Positions 62,482-64,000 of a stretch of DNA of 64,000 nt are shown one piece after another. Under the pieces are notes generated by a model. That model had not been told where the DNA came from. It saw nothing but the letters and a program-made list of their open reading frames with translations, and ran no database searches. The stretch lies in contig CAVPEL010000006.1 in assembly GCA_963703505.1 (NCBI GenBank), forward strand, positions 956,541-1,020,540, written 5' to 3'. Numbering within the stretch: position 1 is the stretch's first letter; each line of letters opens with the position of its first letter. Position numbers and translations under genes: made by a program. Source of the DNA: an uncultured Actinomycetota bacterium. GTDB taxonomy: Bacteria > Actinomycetota > Actinomycetes > CAVPEL01.

Positions 62482-64000
62482 TCAGACGCCGTGGGCGGCG
62501 CCGAGGTTGCCACGCGCCAGGACTGATCGATGCCCGGGCGAACCGACGTGGCGAGAATTCTGTCCGGGCCCAGAGTAGCGGCGCTGACTGCTTACCTGGT
62601 GCAGACGCGCGTCGTTGGCGGTCGTGGAACCGGGCACCGTCGACGCTGCGGTGGGCGAGGGGACGGGCGCGCCCATCTGGACGGCCTTGGCGGTGGTGTA
62701 CGAGGAGCCGACGACCAGTTCGAGGGTGTCGCCGAGCTTCGAGTCCGGTACCAGCACAGCCCCGGCGACCGACGCGGCCAGCGTGTTGGCGGCGTTGATC
62801 TTCGATGGTGCGTAGTGGATCTCGGTCTTCTTCGCGCCGGTGTTGCGGTTCCCGGGGGTTCCCGAGATGACGAAGCCCACGCTGGTGAGCTCGGCGGCAA
62901 CCCGCTTGCCGAGGCCGTTGATGCCTGCGCCGTTGTACACCGCGACGCTCACCTGGGAGGGCGGGACCGTGAGGGTGGTGCCGGCCGGTGCACTCGGCTG
63001 GGTGTTCGTCGGCACCCCGTTCCCCTCGTTGAGCGAGGCGAACAGCTCGGTGGTCTTGGCCGCGTCGATGAGGTTGACGTCCTGTCCGTTGATGACGGCG
63101 AACTTCTCGAACGGCAGGGTGGCGAACTCGACGTGATTCGCGTCGAGGTTGCGCAGGCGCAGCGCAAGGCTCTTGACATCCAGGCCGGAGTCGACGGACA
63201 CCGAGCTGGTGACCGCGTCGAGGAAGCCGGTGAGCTTGACCGGGTTGAGCAGGGTGCCCGCGCTGATCACCTTGCGCACGACCGCGCCGATGAACTGCTG
63301 CTGGCGCTTGACCCGGTCCAGGTCACCGTTGGGCAGGTTGTAGCGCTGGCGGACGAAGGCGAGCGCCTGCGCGCCGTCGAGGTGGTTCTCGCCGGCCGGG
63401 AAGTTGGCGCCGGACAGCTTGTCGCTGGCTGCGTGGGTAAGGCAGACGTTGATGCCGCCGAGGGCGTTGACCATCTTCTGGAAGCCTTCGAAGTCGATCT
63501 CGGCGTAGTGGTCGACGTGCAGGCCGGACAGCTCCTGGACGGTGGCGATGAGAAGTTTGGGGCCGCCCAGGGCGTAGGCGGCGTTGAGCTTGTTCTGCTG
63601 TGCCGGGTGCGCCACGCCCTTGGCGTCGGTGTAGGCGGGGATCGTGACCCAGGGAGTCGCGGGGCAGCGACACCAGGATGGCCTTGGCGTTGCCCGGTGC
63701 CAGGTGCGCGAGGATCACCGTGTCGGAGCGCTGGCCCGTCACCTGGACCTGTCCGGCGCCCGCTTGGAAGACGTCGTTCGAGCCGGTGCGCGAGTCCGAG
63801 CCGACGAGCAGGATGTTCTCCGCGCCGTTGGTGGCCTTCGCGCCGCCGCTCGGCAGGATGTCGTGCAGCCGGGTGATCTGGCTGTCGAAATGCTTGTAGA
63901 AGCCGTACGCCACGCCTGTGCTCAGCAGCACGCAGGCCGAGACCACCGTGGCGAGCACCTTCAGCCAGCGCCACGACCGTGCCGACTCTCGGCCGGCCGC
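62482..64000 (-). pseudogene. LCP family phosphotransferase with LytR_C domain, copy 2 (5' end outside the window; one frame break near 63640; stop uncertain)
   Basis: ...VLATVVSACVLLSTGVAYGFY (TM)...NILLVGSDSR...SDTVILAHL...VSLPRDS | ...VDHYAEIDFEGFQKMVNALGGINV...DRVKRQQQFIGAVVRK...VSVAVYNGAGINGLG. Confidence 0.85.

Noticed and set aside
1-64000. Search for CRISPR arrays, tRNA/rRNA genes, transposases, integrases, phage genes and toxin-antitoxin or known defence-system genes.
   Set aside because: No short regularly spaced repeats, no cloverleaf-like or rRNA-like segments in the lower-GC intergenic regions, and no ORF with transposase, integrase or defence-type motifs were seen. The absence is by eye only.

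Overview
High-GC (about 70%) actinobacterial chromosomal segment. The backbone follows the conserved actinobacterial order accA ... maf-accE-pccB(accD5)-[ppc]-birA-PH-domain protein ... purK-purE-fadE25-like ACAD. Leucine/HMG-CoA catabolic genes are interleaved: enoyl-CoA hydratase, HMG-CoA lyase, methylcrotonyl-CoA carboxylase beta and an acyl-CoA dehydrogenase. scoAB, a two-component system and a GAF-GGDEF protein are also present. Two accessory cell-surface regions stand out. (1) 3.3-19 kb holds a roughly 3,190-aa multidomain surface protein. It is start/stop-overlapped with a second large protein carrying six 84-aa Cys-containing repeats, and is followed by two tandem CWB2 (cell-wall-binding repeat 2) genes. 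(2) 46.3-59.2 kb holds four secreted peptidases: two S15 X-Pro dipeptidyl-peptidases, an M14 carboxypeptidase and an S8 subtilase. All four end in the same ~158-aa WxL-like module and surround a DUF916-like membrane-anchored protein and a partner gene. I read this as a Csc/WxL-type surface complex with peptidase cargo, and it is the best candidate for an undescribed system. No rRNA, tRNA, CRISPR, transposase or integrase was found. About half of the genes are frame-disrupted as assembled, by indels plus one in-frame TAG. The disruptions are strongly clustered, so many coordinates are reconstructed across frames. All family assignments come from reading the translations, not from database searches.
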